From the NCBI GenBank assembly GCA_964603705.1, contig CAZRWC010000001.1, positions 1-51,587 on the forward strand: a DNA stretch of 51,587 nt, read 5' to 3'. Below, one piece after another: positions 9,180-19,263 of this stretch; position 1 is the first letter of the stretch, and the number at the start of each line of letters is the position of its first letter. The DNA comes from an uncultured Acholeplasmataceae bacterium. Lineage in GTDB: Bacteria; Bacillota_I; Bacilli_A; Acholeplasmatales; Acholeplasmataceae. A program made the position numbers and the translations under genes. Below the pieces are notes generated by a model. The model worked only from the letters and a program-made list of their open reading frames with translations. It did no database searches and was not told where the DNA came from.

Positions 9180-10954
9180 TGATGATGAAAAAAGAAAAAA
9201 TAGGAACCGTAGTTAAGGTTTCTGGGCCGCTTATAGTAGCCTCTGGAATGGAGTCTGCTCAAGTATATGACGTTGTTAGAGTAAGTGAAAAACGTTTAAT
9301 CGGTGAAATTATAGAACTAAGAAACGATTTAGCCTCAATCCAAGTTTATGAAGAAACAGCTGGGATTGGACCTGGTGAACCAGTATACTTTACCGATCTA
9401 CCATTATCAGTTGAACTAGGACCGGGTTTAATCGAAGGTATTTTTGATGGTATTCAACGTCCGCTTAATAAAATATATGACAAAGCTGGTTCAAGAATAC
9501 CACTTGGAATTGATTTACCAAAACTTAGCAGAGAGAAAAAGTGGAATTTTAAAGCTAGTGTAAAATTAGGTGATAAAGTAATTGGTGGCGATATTATTGG
9601 CGAAGTAATTGAAACAAATGTTGTCAACCATAAGATTATGGTACCACCACTTCTTCATGGAACTATTAAAAAAATTAATGACTTTAATGATATAACAATC
9701 GATCAAGTTGTTTGCGTATTAGCAACCGACAATGGCGATATTGATTTAACTTTAGTCCAATCATGGCCGGTTAGAATTAAAAGACCATATAAAACTAAAA
9801 TTGCTCCCAAAGATTCAATGGTAACAGGTCAAAGGGTAATTGACACTTTGTTTCCAATTGCATCTGGCGGAATTGCTGCTATTCCCGGGCCTTTTGGTTC
9901 AGGAAAAACTGTTGTTCAACAACAACTAGCTAAATGGGCAGATGCAGATATAATTGTTTATGTTGGCTGTGGTGAACGCGGTAATGAAATGACCGATGTA
10001 TTAATGGAATTTCCTAAATTACACGATCCAAAGACCGGTGAGTCTTTAATGAAACGTACAGTCTTAATCGCTAATACTTCAAATATGCCAGTTGCTGCTA
10101 GAGAAGCTTCTATTTATACAGGAATTACAATTGCAGAATATTTTAGGGATATGGGCTACAAAGTAGCAATTATGGCTGATTCAACTTCACGATGGGCAGA
10201 AGCTTTAAGAGAAATGAGTTCAAGATTAGAAGAAATGCCTGGCGAAGAAGGCTATCCAGCTTATTTAAGTTCTAGGATTGCTAGTTTTTATGAAAGAGCA
10301 GGCTTAGTGAATTGTTGTGGTAGTGACGAACGTCAAGGAGCAATAACCGCAATTGGCGCTGTTTCACCTCCTGGAGGCGATACTTCTGAACCAGTTTCAC
10401 AAGCAACTTTAAGAATTGTTAAAGTTTTCTGGGGTTTAAGTGCCTCACTAGCTTATAGTCGTCATTTTCCCGCAATTGATTGGTTAAAGAGTTATTCTTT
10501 ATATGCCGATGATTTATTTTCTAGTTTTAATAAAAATATTAATCGTAATTGGCAAATTCAAGTTTTGGAAACACAATCAATTTTAAATGAAGAAGCTGAC
10601 TTGCAAGAAATTGTTCGTTTAGTAGGAATTGATTCATTAGGAGCTAGTGATCGTCTAAAACTAAAAGTTTCACAATTAATTCGCGAAGACTTTCTTCATC
10701 AAAACGCCTTTGATGAAGTTGATACTTATACTTCACTTGATAAACAATATTTAATGTTAAATCTAATTTTATCTTGGTATCATCAAGCAAAAGATGTGCT
10801 AAGCTTAGGTATTAGATTTAAGGAAATAGATGAAATGAAAATTTTAGAGAAAATAGGGCGCGTTAAATATGTCCCTGAAAATCAAATTATTAGTCATTAC
10901 AATCAATTATTTAACGAAATGACTGAAGAATTTCTATCGCTAACAAAGGAGTAA
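9179..10954 (+). CDS. ntpA: V-type ATPase catalytic subunit A
   Basis: 591 aa with Walker [21 protein letters not shown], the Walker B-like [17 protein letters not shown], and the non-homologous insert typical of A subunits. Confidence 0.97.
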   Translation: MMMKKEKIGTVVKVSGPLIVASGMESAQVYDVVRVSEKRLIGEIIELRNDLASIQVYEETAGIGPGEPVYFTDLPLSVELGPGLIEGIFDGIQRPLNKIYDKAGSRIPLGIDLPKLSREKKWNFKASVKLGDKVIGGDIIGEVIETNVVNHKIMVPPLLHGTIKKINDFNDITIDQVVCVLATDNGDIDLTLVQSWPVRIKRPYKTKIAPKDSMVTGQRVIDTLFPIASGGIAAIPGPFGSGKTVVQQQLAKWADADIIVYVGCGERGNEMTDVLMEFPKLHDPKTGESLMKRTVLIANTSNMPVAAREASIYTGITIAEYFRDMGYKVAIMADSTSRWAEALREMSSRLEEMPGEEGYPAYLSSRIASFYERAGLVNCCGSDERQGAITAIGAVSPPGGDTSEPVSQATLRIVKVFWGLSASLAYSRHFPAIDWLKSYSLYADDLFSSFNKNINRNWQIQVLETQSILNEEADLQEIVRLVGIDSLGASDRLKLKVSQLIREDFLHQNAFDEVDTYTSLDKQYLMLNLILSWYHQAKDVLSLGIRFKEIDEMKILEKIGRVKYVPENQIISHYNQLFNEMTEEFLSLTKE

Positions 10955-10958
10955 TAAT

Positions 10959-12326
10959 ATGGCAATTAAAGAATATAAAACAATTAAAGAAGTTGTCGGG
11001 CCATTGATGTTAGTCGAAAATGTTTTAGGTGTAAAATACGATGAATTAGTCGAAGTAAGACAAGCAAGTGGCGAAATACGATTAGGGAAAGTTCTAGAAG
11101 CTTATGATGATAAGGCTTTAGTGCAATTATTTGAATCTAGTCAAGGTTTAAAAATCGAAGATTCAAAAGCTGTTTTTCTAGGTCACGGAATTGAAATTGG
11201 ATTATCACCTGATATTTTAGGACGTGTTTTTGATGGAATGGGTCGACCAATTGACCAAGCTGGTGCTTTAATACCAGAAAAATCATTAGATATTAATGGT
11301 TCTCCTATCAATCCGGTTGCAAGAAATTATCCTGAAGAATTTATTCAGACGGGAGTAAGTGCGATTGATGGATTAAATACACTAGTTCGTGGTCAAAAAT
11401 TACCGATTTTCTCTGGCTCCGGATTACCCCATGCCAAACTTGCAGCTCAAATTGCCAGACAAGCGAATGTTATTGGAACGGCTGATAAATTTGCGGTTGT
11501 TTTTGCTGCAATAGGTATTACATTTGAAGAAGCTAATTACTTTATTGAAGACTTTAAAAGAACGGGAGCGATATCTAGAACTGTCTTATTTGTTAACCTA
11601 GCAAATGACCCAGCAATTGAAAGAATCGCTACTCCTAGAATGGCGATTACAACTGCTGAATACTTAGCATATGAATTAAACATGCATGTTTTGGTTATCT
11701 TAACTGACCTTACTAATTATGCTGAAGCCTTAAGAGAAGTTTCGGCAGCACGTAAAGAAGTTCCAGGACGTCGCGGCTATCCTGGTTATATGTATACTGA
11801 TTTAGCCAGTTTATATGAAAGAGCTGGAAGAATTAAAGGTTCTAGAGGTTCCATTACGCAAATTCCTATTTTAACAATGCCAGAAGATGATAAAACCCAC
11901 CCAATTCCCGACTTAACCGGCTATATTACTGAAGGTCAAATCATTTTAGGAAGAGACTTATATCAAAAAGGCTTAACTCCTCCAATCGATGTTTTACCAT
12001 CCTTATCAAGGTTAAAAGACAAAGGAATTGGCGAAGATAAAACTAGAGAAGACCATGCTGATACAATGAATCAACTATTTGCTGCTTATGCAAGAGGTAA
12101 AGACGCAAAAGAACTATCAACTATTTTAGGTGATTCGGCATTATCTGAATTAGATAAACTATACGCTGATTTTGCTGATCAATTTGAAAGAAGATATGTT
12201 TCACAAGGTTATGAAACTAACCGAAGTATCGAAGAAACTTTAGACTTAGGTTGGGAATTATTAAGAATCTTACCTAAATCAGAATTAAAAAGAATTAATT
12301 TAAAACTAATTGATAAATATTATTAA
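10959..12326 (+). CDS. ntpB: V-type ATPase subunit B
   Basis: 455 aa with [51 protein letters not shown], and ITEGQI. Confidence 0.97.
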   Translation: MAIKEYKTIKEVVGPLMLVENVLGVKYDELVEVRQASGEIRLGKVLEAYDDKALVQLFESSQGLKIEDSKAVFLGHGIEIGLSPDILGRVFDGMGRPIDQAGALIPEKSLDINGSPINPVARNYPEEFIQTGVSAIDGLNTLVRGQKLPIFSGSGLPHAKLAAQIARQANVIGTADKFAVVFAAIGITFEEANYFIEDFKRTGAISRTVLFVNLANDPAIERIATPRMAITTAEYLAYELNMHVLVILTDLTNYAEALREVSAARKEVPGRRGYPGYMYTDLASLYERAGRIKGSRGSITQIPILTMPEDDKTHPIPDLTGYITEGQIILGRDLYQKGLTPPIDVLPSLSRLKDKGIGEDKTREDHADTMNQLFAAYARGKDAKELSTILGDSALSELDKLYADFADQFERRYVSQGYETNRSIEETLDLGWELLRILPKSELKRINLKLIDKYY

Positions 12327-12340
12327 TAAAAAGGAGTATC

Positions 12341-12982
12341 ATGGCTAGAGGTCAAATTAATCCAACCAGAATGGAATTAATAAAACTAAAAAACCGCTTA
12401 GCAACAACTACTCGTGGTCATAAGTTATTAAAAGATAAACAAGATGAAATGATTCGTCATTTCATGGAAGTTATTAAAAGTAACATGGCTTTGCGACAAG
12501 AAGTTGAAGAAAAGCTTTCTTTAGTCATGAAAAAATATAATGACTCACAAATCCATTGTTCAATCGATCAAATGTATGAGTATTTGAGTGTTCCAAGTCA
12601 ACAAGTCGATTTAAAATTAAGAGTCGATTCGATTATGAACTTGGAAACACCAATGATTTTAATGAAAGAAAATGCTTCAAAAATTAGATTGAATTACAGT
12701 CTAATAAATTCTCCGGCCCTATTAGATGAAACAGTTTTAGAATTTGGTAAATTATTACCTTTAATTATAAAATTGGCTGAACTAGATAAAAAAACCGATA
12801 TGTTAGCAAAAGAAATTGAAAAAACTAGAAGACGAGTTAACGCAATCGAATACGTGATGTTACCAGAACTTGAAGCAAATATAAAACGAATTCAAATGAA
12901 GCTTGATGATGATGAAAGAAGCAACACAGTTCGTTTAATGAAATCTAAAGAAATGATTATTAAAAAAGAGTTAAAGGATTGA
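12341..12982 (+). CDS. ntpD: V-type ATPase central-stalk subunit D
   Basis: 213 aa with INPTRMELIKLKNRL...TRGHKLLKDKQDE at the N-terminus and TRRRVNAIEYVMLPEL at the C-terminus, both subunit D hallmarks. Confidence 0.9.
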   Translation: MARGQINPTRMELIKLKNRLATTTRGHKLLKDKQDEMIRHFMEVIKSNMALRQEVEEKLSLVMKKYNDSQIHCSIDQMYEYLSVPSQQVDLKLRVDSIMNLETPMILMKENASKIRLNYSLINSPALLDETVLEFGKLLPLIIKLAELDKKTDMLAKEIEKTRRRVNAIEYVMLPELEANIKRIQMKLDDDERSNTVRLMKSKEMIIKKELKD

Positions 12983-12986
12983 TAAA

Positions 12987-13502
12987 GTGGCTTCCATTAG
13001 ACAAAATAAACAAAAAAATATAAATGATATTGTATTGGGATCACTATCTATTATAGCGGGTATTATTACATTAATCTTAAGTTTAATTGATCTGGCATTA
13101 GTTTTGTGGGCGATTGGGACATTTTTCGGAATTTATTTTTTAATCGCTGGAATAATGATGATTATCTCTTATACCAAAAGTAAGATACCATTAAATTTAA
13201 TTTTTGGGGCACTAAGAGTTTTCTTAGGGGTAGTCTTTATAATTCAGCCCCATGAAGCCCTTGGTTATATCGCATTTCTAATTGGCTTTTGGGCAATAAT
13301 TGAAGGAATAAAAAACTTATCGAATTTGCCGGCAAGAAATACCCAAAAAATTATTCCAATTATCATAAGTGTAATGCTCATCGCAATTGGAGTTTTAGTA
13401 ATTATTAATCAGTTTAAAATTATTTTATTATTAGGAATTTTAGTTTCATTGATTTTGATTTTTAATGGAATTAAGCAAATTATAAAAATATTTAGATATT
13501 AA
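12987..13502 (+). CDS. Small polytopic membrane protein, HdeD/DUF308-like
   Basis: 171 aa with a GTG start 4 nt after ntpD and about six TM helices. It shows the repeated pattern ...G(I/F)xxIxxG... and the FIIQPHEALGYIAFLIGFWAIIEGI segment reminiscent of DUF308. The family call comes from pattern only. Confidence 0.5.
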   Translation: MASIRQNKQKNINDIVLGSLSIIAGIITLILSLIDLALVLWAIGTFFGIYFLIAGIMMIISYTKSKIPLNLIFGALRVFLGVVFIIQPHEALGYIAFLIGFWAIIEGIKNLSNLPARNTQKIIPIIISVMLIAIGVLVIINQFKIILLLGILVSLILIFNGIKQIIKIFRY

Positions 13503-13531
13503 AAAAAGTTTGACTCCGGTCAAACTTTTTA
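13501..13531. terminator. Bidirectional intrinsic terminator between the ntp operon and yigZ-like gene
   Basis: aaaaaaagtttgac-tccg-gtcaaacttttt is a perfect 12-bp stem flanked by an A-run on one side and a T-run on the other, lying between convergent genes. Confidence 0.75.
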
Positions 13532-14119
13532 TATTATTACTTGATGAATTCCAAGGTTTTCATAATTAATTAGGTAACGATTTAATTTCTTAATTTTATT
13601 TTCATCTTTTAAAGCAATTTCATAATACACTTTATCTAAAAACTTTTTATCAATAATTATTTCTTCATTTAATAAATAATTGATTTCATTGGTTTTATCA
13701 TAATCAAAAGTTATTTTAAATTTAGATAAATTTATTATTTTATAAAAAGATGCCAGTTTTAAAGCTTTTGTTACCCCAGAACGATAGGCTCTTATTAAAC
13801 CAGAAGCTCCTAATTTTATACCGCCATAATAGCGAATGATAATAGCATAAAGTTGGGTTGCTCCACTTGCTTTTAAAGATTCAAGCATGGGGATACCGGC
13901 TGTACCACTAGGTTCCCCATCATCATTAGAGCTGCTATATTCACCATTGTCTCCCCAAATGGCAGCAGTACAATAGTGGGTAGCCCTTGGATATTCTTTT
14001 TTAATTTCTTCAAGTAAAGAAGGAATCTCAGTTTGGATAGTAAACGGCAATAAAACCGTAATAAAACGAGATTTTTTAATGATTTCTTCATTGTATATTC
14101 GTGCTTTTAAATATTTCAT
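13529..14119 (-). CDS. YigZ / IMPACT-family (UPF0029) protein
   Basis: 196 aa with IIKKSRFI, ATHYCTAAIWG, NDDGEPSGTAGIPML, IIRYYGGIKLGASGLIRAY. An SD (agagg) lies upstream. Confidence 0.85.
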   Translation of the reverse strand: MKYLKARIYNEEIIKKSRFITVLLPFTIQTEIPSLLEEIKKEYPRATHYCTAAIWGDNGEYSSSNDDGEPSGTAGIPMLESLKASGATQLYAIIIRYYGGIKLGASGLIRAYRSGVTKALKLASFYKIINLSKFKITFDYDKTNEINYLLNEEIIIDKKFLDKVYYEIALKDENKIKKLNRYLINYENLGIHQVII

Positions 14120-14180
14120 TTATATAACCTCTTATTTATTATATCACAATATTTATGATATAATTAGATGTGGTGGTAAT

Positions 14181-15320
14181 ATGAAAGATGCTCTTAAAAT
14201 AATTGCTATTTTAAAAAAGGCAGGCTTTGAAGCCTATCTTGTTGGTGGAGTTGTTAGGGACTATTTTTTAAAAATGCCATTTAATGATATCGATATTACT
14301 ACTAGTGCTAAGCCGTGGGAAGTTGAAAAGTTATTTCATAAAACAAAACCTACCGGTTTAAAATTTGGAACTGTTACAGTTTTTATGGCTAGTAAAGAAT
14401 ATGAGGTTACTACCTTTAGAGAAGATTTTGATTATTTAGATAGCAGACATCCCAACCGGATTGTTTTTACTGATAAAGCAGATGTTGATGTAAAAAGACG
14501 AGATTTCACAATAAATGGGCTATTAATGGATAGTGAATTTAATCTTTTAGATTTTGTTGGCGGGAAAAAGGACCTCGATTATAAAATTATTAAAGCAATC
14601 GGTGACCCTAATATTAGGTTTAAAGAAGATGCTTTAAGAATTTTAAGAGCTTTTTATTTTGTTTCTAAATTGGGTTTTGAAATTGAGGAAGAAACTTTAA
14701 ATTCAATTAAAGAAAATCGTTTTAGTATTTATGAAATCGCTTTTGAAAGAGTTCTAAATGAAATTACTAAATTATTAAATGAAAAACATCAAATTAAAGC
14801 TTTGAAATATATTTTAAATTGCCAAGTTGATGAGGTTTTACCGGGATTATCAGATGGAATCAAATATCTGGTTAAAAATGATTTAGCTTTAAAAACCGAT
14901 AGATTTTTTTGTTTAGCTTTTACTTTAAATGGTTCAGTGCCAAATTATTGGCGCTTTTCTAATAAATATTTAAATTATTATCAAAAGGTTGTGGAATTAG
15001 CTAATCTTACAACTAAAATTAGCTCATTTGAATTATATAACTATGGCATTAATATTTCTTCAATGGCTAATCATATTAATTTATTATTAAATAGGACAAC
15101 ACAAACCCAAGATGAGGTTAATGAACTATATAAAAAAATGCCGATTAAATCGGTCTTAGATTTAGCGATTACAGCAGAAGAAATTATCAAAATTAAAAAT
15201 AAAAAAGCTGGAGCTTGGTTAAAAAAAGTTCAAGACAAGCTAATTGCCGAAATAATTAGTGGACAACTTGAAAACAAGTATGAGAGTATCATTGTTTATC
15301 TTAATAATATGGAGGTTTAA
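14181..15320 (+). CDS. cca: CCA-adding tRNA nucleotidyltransferase
   Basis: From ATG 14181 it reads MKDALKIIAILKKAGFEAYLVGGVVRDYFL..NDIDITT, the class II nucleotidyltransferase head (GGxVRD, DxD), followed by RRDFTINGL and EDALRILRAFYF. The listed ORF start at 14079 overlaps the divergent yigZ gene. Confidence 0.85.
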   Translation: MKDALKIIAILKKAGFEAYLVGGVVRDYFLKMPFNDIDITTSAKPWEVEKLFHKTKPTGLKFGTVTVFMASKEYEVTTFREDFDYLDSRHPNRIVFTDKADVDVKRRDFTINGLLMDSEFNLLDFVGGKKDLDYKIIKAIGDPNIRFKEDALRILRAFYFVSKLGFEIEEETLNSIKENRFSIYEIAFERVLNEITKLLNEKHQIKALKYILNCQVDEVLPGLSDGIKYLVKNDLALKTDRFFCLAFTLNGSVPNYWRFSNKYLNYYQKVVELANLTTKISSFELYNYGINISSMANHINLLLNRTTQTQDEVNELYKKMPIKSVLDLAITAEEIIKIKNKKAGAWLKKVQDKLIAEIISGQLENKYESIIVYLNNMEV

Positions 15321-16238
15321 ATGGAACAATTTTATGTAATAGGGAAAGTTATTAATGTTAATCAAGGGGCGGATTTTTATAATATTAATATTGAAGTAGA
15401 AGATAAAACACTTTTAAATATTAAACTTAATCCTGATTTGACATATGAAGTCTTGGTCGGTCAAATTTATCGTTTTTTAGTAAAACCGGAATATAAAGTT
15501 AATAAAGAAAATATTATTATTAATAATTTAGTTTCTTATATACCAATTGAAAAATTGGCTGATGAAGTCGATTTAGTTAGCCTTTATCAAATTTTCTATG
15601 ATTTTTCACCAATAGATCCAGTAAGGGCTCGAAATTTAATCGAAAAAACTATTGAAAATATTGATAATCAAGTTATTAAAGATATTACTAATCAAATTTA
15701 TTTACGTTATAAAGCAGATTTTTATCTTCACCCAGCGGCGACTAAATTTCATCACGCTTATATAGGTGGATTGGCACACCACACATATACAATGCTTAAA
15801 ATGGTTGATCGGTTTGTAGATATATATCCGTTTTTAAATAAGGATTTGTTAAATGGTGGGATTATTTTACATGACATTTCTAAAATTAAAGAAATGACCG
15901 GTGTAGATGGTGAATATACTAAAGAAGGTTTATTAATTGGTCATATTGTGATGCAAACAATTGAAATTTTTGATGTTGCTAAAGAGTTAGGTTATCAAGA
16001 TTTTGAAGAAGTGTTGTTATTAGAACATATGATTGTTAGTCATCATGGGCAACTAAACTTCGGTTCACCTAAAAAGCCACAAATAGCAGAAGCGTTAGCG
16101 CTGTGGTTTTTTGATACAATTGATAGTAAATTTAGTGTTTTAGAAAATGAAATTAAACTTACTAAAGAAAATGATTTTACAACTAATATAGCGGTAATCG
16201 ATAAAACGAGATTTTATAAACATAAACTTACCAAATAA
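15321..16238 (+). CDS. yhaM: 3'-5' exoribonuclease YhaM-like (OB fold plus HD domain)
   Basis: 305 aa. The N-terminal beta-rich segment is OB-like. HD-domain motifs follow: HPAATKFHHAYIGGLAHHT, ILHDISK, HMIVSHHG. Confidence 0.8.
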   Translation: MEQFYVIGKVINVNQGADFYNINIEVEDKTLLNIKLNPDLTYEVLVGQIYRFLVKPEYKVNKENIIINNLVSYIPIEKLADEVDLVSLYQIFYDFSPIDPVRARNLIEKTIENIDNQVIKDITNQIYLRYKADFYLHPAATKFHHAYIGGLAHHTYTMLKMVDRFVDIYPFLNKDLLNGGIILHDISKIKEMTGVDGEYTKEGLLIGHIVMQTIEIFDVAKELGYQDFEEVLLLEHMIVSHHGQLNFGSPKKPQIAEALALWFFDTIDSKFSVLENEIKLTKENDFTTNIAVIDKTRFYKHKLTK

Positions 16239-16270
16239 AAAAAGGGATTGCCTAAGAGGCAGTCCCTTTA
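16239..16270. terminator. Bidirectional terminator between yhaM and the lipoprotein gene
   Basis: aaagggattgcc-taaga-ggcagtcccttt is a 12-bp stem with one G:U pair, with an A-run 5' and a T-run 3', lying between convergent genes. Confidence 0.65.
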
Positions 16271-16286
16271 TTATTATTATAAATTT

Positions 16287-19115
16287 TTATTTAAAGACAT
16301 TAAACCAGTCTTCGTAAAGAGCATTTTGTTGTTCATCGCTTTTTACATATTGGTAAAATTGACGACCATTAATTTCAATTAAAGTGTTAAATTGCGTCAT
16401 TCCACTAGCTTTTGTATAGCTAACATTACTGTTTAAAAGTTTAGTAAAATTAATATAATTATACATATTAGTTGAATTATATAAGTCTAGAACTGGGCTA
16501 AATTGCATTTCTAAGGCAGATTTAGCTTTGATTTCTACATCATAACCACTAATCAATTCTTTCATATAAATTTGAATTTGAGTTGCGTTAACATAGTCGT
16601 TATCATTTTTTCCGTTTAATGCTACACCATCGACTTCGATTTTTGAAGTTCCGTTTGCTTCACTTAGTTTAGCGCTAGTAACTTTTTCAACAGCTCTAGC
16701 AACGATTAAATGCCAACCGAATGATGATTCAATACTTGTAATATCTTCATCGGTAACGGCAGTAGCGTGATCCATTAAATCAACATATGGGAATAAATCA
16801 GAGTGATTGTCTTTAACGATATCATAAATAGCGATTGCGCGATTATAGAAAACAGCATCATATCTAGTTTCAGAAGTAATTGCATTTGAAGTATTAGTTA
16901 TAGTGCCAGATAAATCTTCGTATTTTAGTTTAATACCCAATTTACGATAATCAGCATAATAAAATTCAGTGTCGTCTGAATCTAAACTATCAAAACGAGT
17001 TGCTTTATTAAAATTATCAACAATTTTCTTAAGCTTAGCTTCTTTTGAAGTGGAAATTGAATCTTGAATTACCATATCATTAATTAGCGCTATTAAATTT
17101 TTAATGCTTTCTGTTAAGGCGACTTTATCGACGTTTTCAGGTAGTTCAGCTGGATTGTCTGGTGTTCCATCGTGATTAAAGTCAACAAATACTAATAGAT
17201 GAGAAACTTTAATGCCTAAATAATTATCGTGTTGAAGTTTAGCAAAATCAGCTAGTTTTTCATATACGTTAGCAAAATGCTCTTCGTAGTCTTCATTAAA
17301 TAATTCATATAATTTAGGTACTAGATAGCCGCTATAAATTGCTTCTTTTTGATTGCGTGCATTTAAAGCTAATAATAAGAATTGGTCACGACCAATAGAA
17401 GCAGGGAAACCATACCATTGGTAACCACCTTGTACAAAGTAGTTCATCATATCGCGGTATTGTTTTTCAAACTCATCACGATCTTTACTAGTAATTTGTT
17501 TTTCGTATTTTTCAGTTAAAATTTTAGTTAATAATAAATTATTGCTATAACTAACACCATAGCGAGATTCCATTAAGTTATAAAAATCTGCTACCGTAAT
17601 ATGTGTATCACCAACTGAAGCAATTGTCTCATTATTTAAATATTTTTTATTTCCAACAGCAGTAAAATTAAATTCATAGTATGCTTTTAGAATTGGATCA
17701 TAAATTTGAATTGTTAATTCTTTCATTAACTCATTATATTTTTCAGTAATATAGGTGGCGGTTAAAGCGGCTTTTTCTAGTTTTTCTTTAATTTCTGCTT
17801 TTAGTGCAGTTACTTTTTCATTATCTAAAAATTCTTTTTGATCTTCATTTAAAACATCTTCATCCTTAGCAGAGTCTTCGCTAATTTTAAAGAATAAAAA
17901 AGTGAAATCATCAAAATCATAGCCTTTTTGCGAATATTGCTTGTTGTTTGGTGCATCTTCAGTTGGTAATTTTAAAGTAGAATAAATATTACTTCTTAAA
18001 GATGTGTTAGTAAAATCATCATATTTACTAGTTAAATCAACAGGATTATTTGTTGCATCAACGATTACACCATCGATAACTTTTAATTGATCTGCCTCAT
18101 CTTCAAATAGATTATATAAAGCAACCATTTGTTCAAGTATTTCCCCTGGAATTAAGGCAACATCTGGAGAACCATAAGTTCTTGATGTATTAATAGAATA
18201 TCCTTTAACATATCTTTCAAAATCATATGCGCTAATGTTTCTTTGGCCATTTTCATCTAAAGCCGCATCAATTTTTAAAGTAGATAATAAAGATTTAACA
18301 TGAGCATAGCCAGGATGGTCGATATCAACAAAATTTTCATCATCATTACCTAATCTAATATCCGGAACTTTATACCAAGAACCGTTAGAAATAATTTTTA
18401 AAGATAATTGAATTAAAGCTTTAGTAAGTTCAGATTGATTTAAAAATACAACTTGGAAAAATTCAACATCATAATGTCCTTTAATGTTATTTTTATAATC
18501 TGATAAGATTTCTGCTTCAGTTACATAAGCTGAGTGGTCTTTATCAGCTATATCAACTAATAATTTTTCAGTAGCTAAAACCCATTTTGCTAAATCAATA
18601 ATAAAATAATCTTTAATATCAACATTTTTATAATCTGAAAAGGTAGTATTTCCATTTAATTCAGCTACAAGAGCACTAATGTTAACTGTAGGATTATAAT
18701 TATAAACAGTGTCAGCAAATTTTTCAACAGCCATTAATTTTAAATCATCATTATCTTTATAATTTTTAATTAATTTTTCTGTATCGGTTGCACTATAGAT
18801 TGCTTTATTAACTAATTCATCAAAATATGTTTGATGTTTTTCGTTATTTAAATCTACTTTAGCGATATAATCAGCTAAAGCAACACGGTTGATTAGTTCA
18901 TTTAATGTAGCTGATCCTTTTAAATTAGCATTTATTCTAAAACCATCATATAAATCAGCTTCGGTAACATTAAAGTCACCAGCAGTTGCATAAACGTCTT
19001 TACCAATGTTAGCCATTGGAACTTTTTCTGAATTACCACAAGCAGCTAGTCCTAATGCAACTGTAAAAACTAGTGCAATTATAGTAATTATTTTAATAAT
19101 TTTCTTTGAAATCAT
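16287..19115 (-). CDS. Large lipoprotein with PrsA/SurA-like (parvulin-type) foldase motifs
   Basis: From ATG 19115 (SD gaggag) it reads MISKKIIKIITIIALVFTVALGLAACGN, a signal peptide with lipobox LAAC. The distal part carries IKVSHLLVFVD ... FGWHLIVA, resembling the two conserved strands of a parvulin PPIase separated by a long insert. The product is about 942 aa. Confidence 0.7.
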   Translation of the reverse strand: MISKKIIKIITIIALVFTVALGLAACGNSEKVPMANIGKDVYATAGDFNVTEADLYDGFRINANLKGSATLNELINRVALADYIAKVDLNNEKHQTYFDELVNKAIYSATDTEKLIKNYKDNDDLKLMAVEKFADTVYNYNPTVNISALVAELNGNTTFSDYKNVDIKDYFIIDLAKWVLATEKLLVDIADKDHSAYVTEAEILSDYKNNIKGHYDVEFFQVVFLNQSELTKALIQLSLKIISNGSWYKVPDIRLGNDDENFVDIDHPGYAHVKSLLSTLKIDAALDENGQRNISAYDFERYVKGYSINTSRTYGSPDVALIPGEILEQMVALYNLFEDEADQLKVIDGVIVDATNNPVDLTSKYDDFTNTSLRSNIYSTLKLPTEDAPNNKQYSQKGYDFDDFTFLFFKISEDSAKDEDVLNEDQKEFLDNEKVTALKAEIKEKLEKAALTATYITEKYNELMKELTIQIYDPILKAYYEFNFTAVGNKKYLNNETIASVGDTHITVADFYNLMESRYGVSYSNNLLLTKILTEKYEKQITSKDRDEFEKQYRDMMNYFVQGGYQWYGFPASIGRDQFLLLALNARNQKEAIYSGYLVPKLYELFNEDYEEHFANVYEKLADFAKLQHDNYLGIKVSHLLVFVDFNHDGTPDNPAELPENVDKVALTESIKNLIALINDMVIQDSISTSKEAKLKKIVDNFNKATRFDSLDSDDTEFYYADYRKLGIKLKYEDLSGTITNTSNAITSETRYDAVFYNRAIAIYDIVKDNHSDLFPYVDLMDHATAVTDEDITSIESSFGWHLIVARAVEKVTSAKLSEANGTSKIEVDGVALNGKNDNDYVNATQIQIYMKELISGYDVEIKAKSALEMQFSPVLDLYNSTNMYNYINFTKLLNSNVSYTKASGMTQFNTLIEINGRQFYQYVKSDEQQNALYEDWFNVFK

Positions 19116-19153
19116 AAGATGTTCACTCCTCTTTTTTAATATACAGCAATATA

Positions 19154-19182
19154 AATATACCATTTTTTAGAAACATTTGCAA
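19154..19182 (-). promoter_or_regulatory. Putative sigma-70-type promoter of the lipoprotein gene
   Basis: On the minus strand, TTGCAA (19182-19177), a 17-nt spacer and TATATT (19159-19154) lie about 40 nt upstream of the start codon. Confidence 0.4.
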
Positions 19183-19183
19183 C

Positions 19184-19204
19184 AATATTATATTATATAA
19201 TATT
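19184..19204. repeat. Perfect 21-bp palindrome in the divergent promoter region
   Basis: aatattatat-t-atataatatt has 10/10 complementary arms around a single central base. It sits between the two divergent -35 boxes. Confidence 0.8.
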
Positions 19205-19214
19205 ATATGATTGT

Positions 19215-19243
19215 TTGACAAGCATAAAATGCCGAAGTATGAT
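19215..19243 (+). promoter_or_regulatory. Putative sigma-70-type promoter of the MBL-rlmH operon
   Basis: TTGACA (19215-19220), a 17-nt spacer and TATGAT (19238-19243) lie 20 nt before the ATG at 19264. Confidence 0.5.
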
Positions 19244-19263
19244 AAAATTAAATAGGTGATTTA

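Noticed and set aside
8846-9262. 138-aa ORF antisense to the ntpG/ntpA junction
   Set aside because: It is a shadow ORF of the V-ATPase F and A genes, with low-complexity sequence and no motif.
13873-14091. 72-aa minus-strand ORF in an alternative frame within the yigZ-like gene. The same judgement applies to similar small shadow ORFs at 19193-19450, 24809-24994, 25223-25465, 26948-27151, 28871-29134, 29830-30105, 31082-31288, 33592-33783, 36768-36968, 37762-37998, 45119-45307, 47340-47522, 48575-48844 and 51038-51268.
   Set aside because: All lie within or antisense to genes with clear family motifs. They lack ribosome-binding sites and have low-complexity shadow-frame composition.
14079-14180. 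N-terminal extensions proposed by the ORF track for cca (14079). The same applies to the lipoprotein (19163), pfp (39402), dnaE (TTG 35054), ntpE (7249), uvrB (44484) and plsX (TTG 28110).
   Set aside because: The extensions are non-conserved, often overlap divergent genes or terminator hairpins, and lack SD sequences. Internal ATGs coincide with the conserved family N-termini and mostly have SDs.
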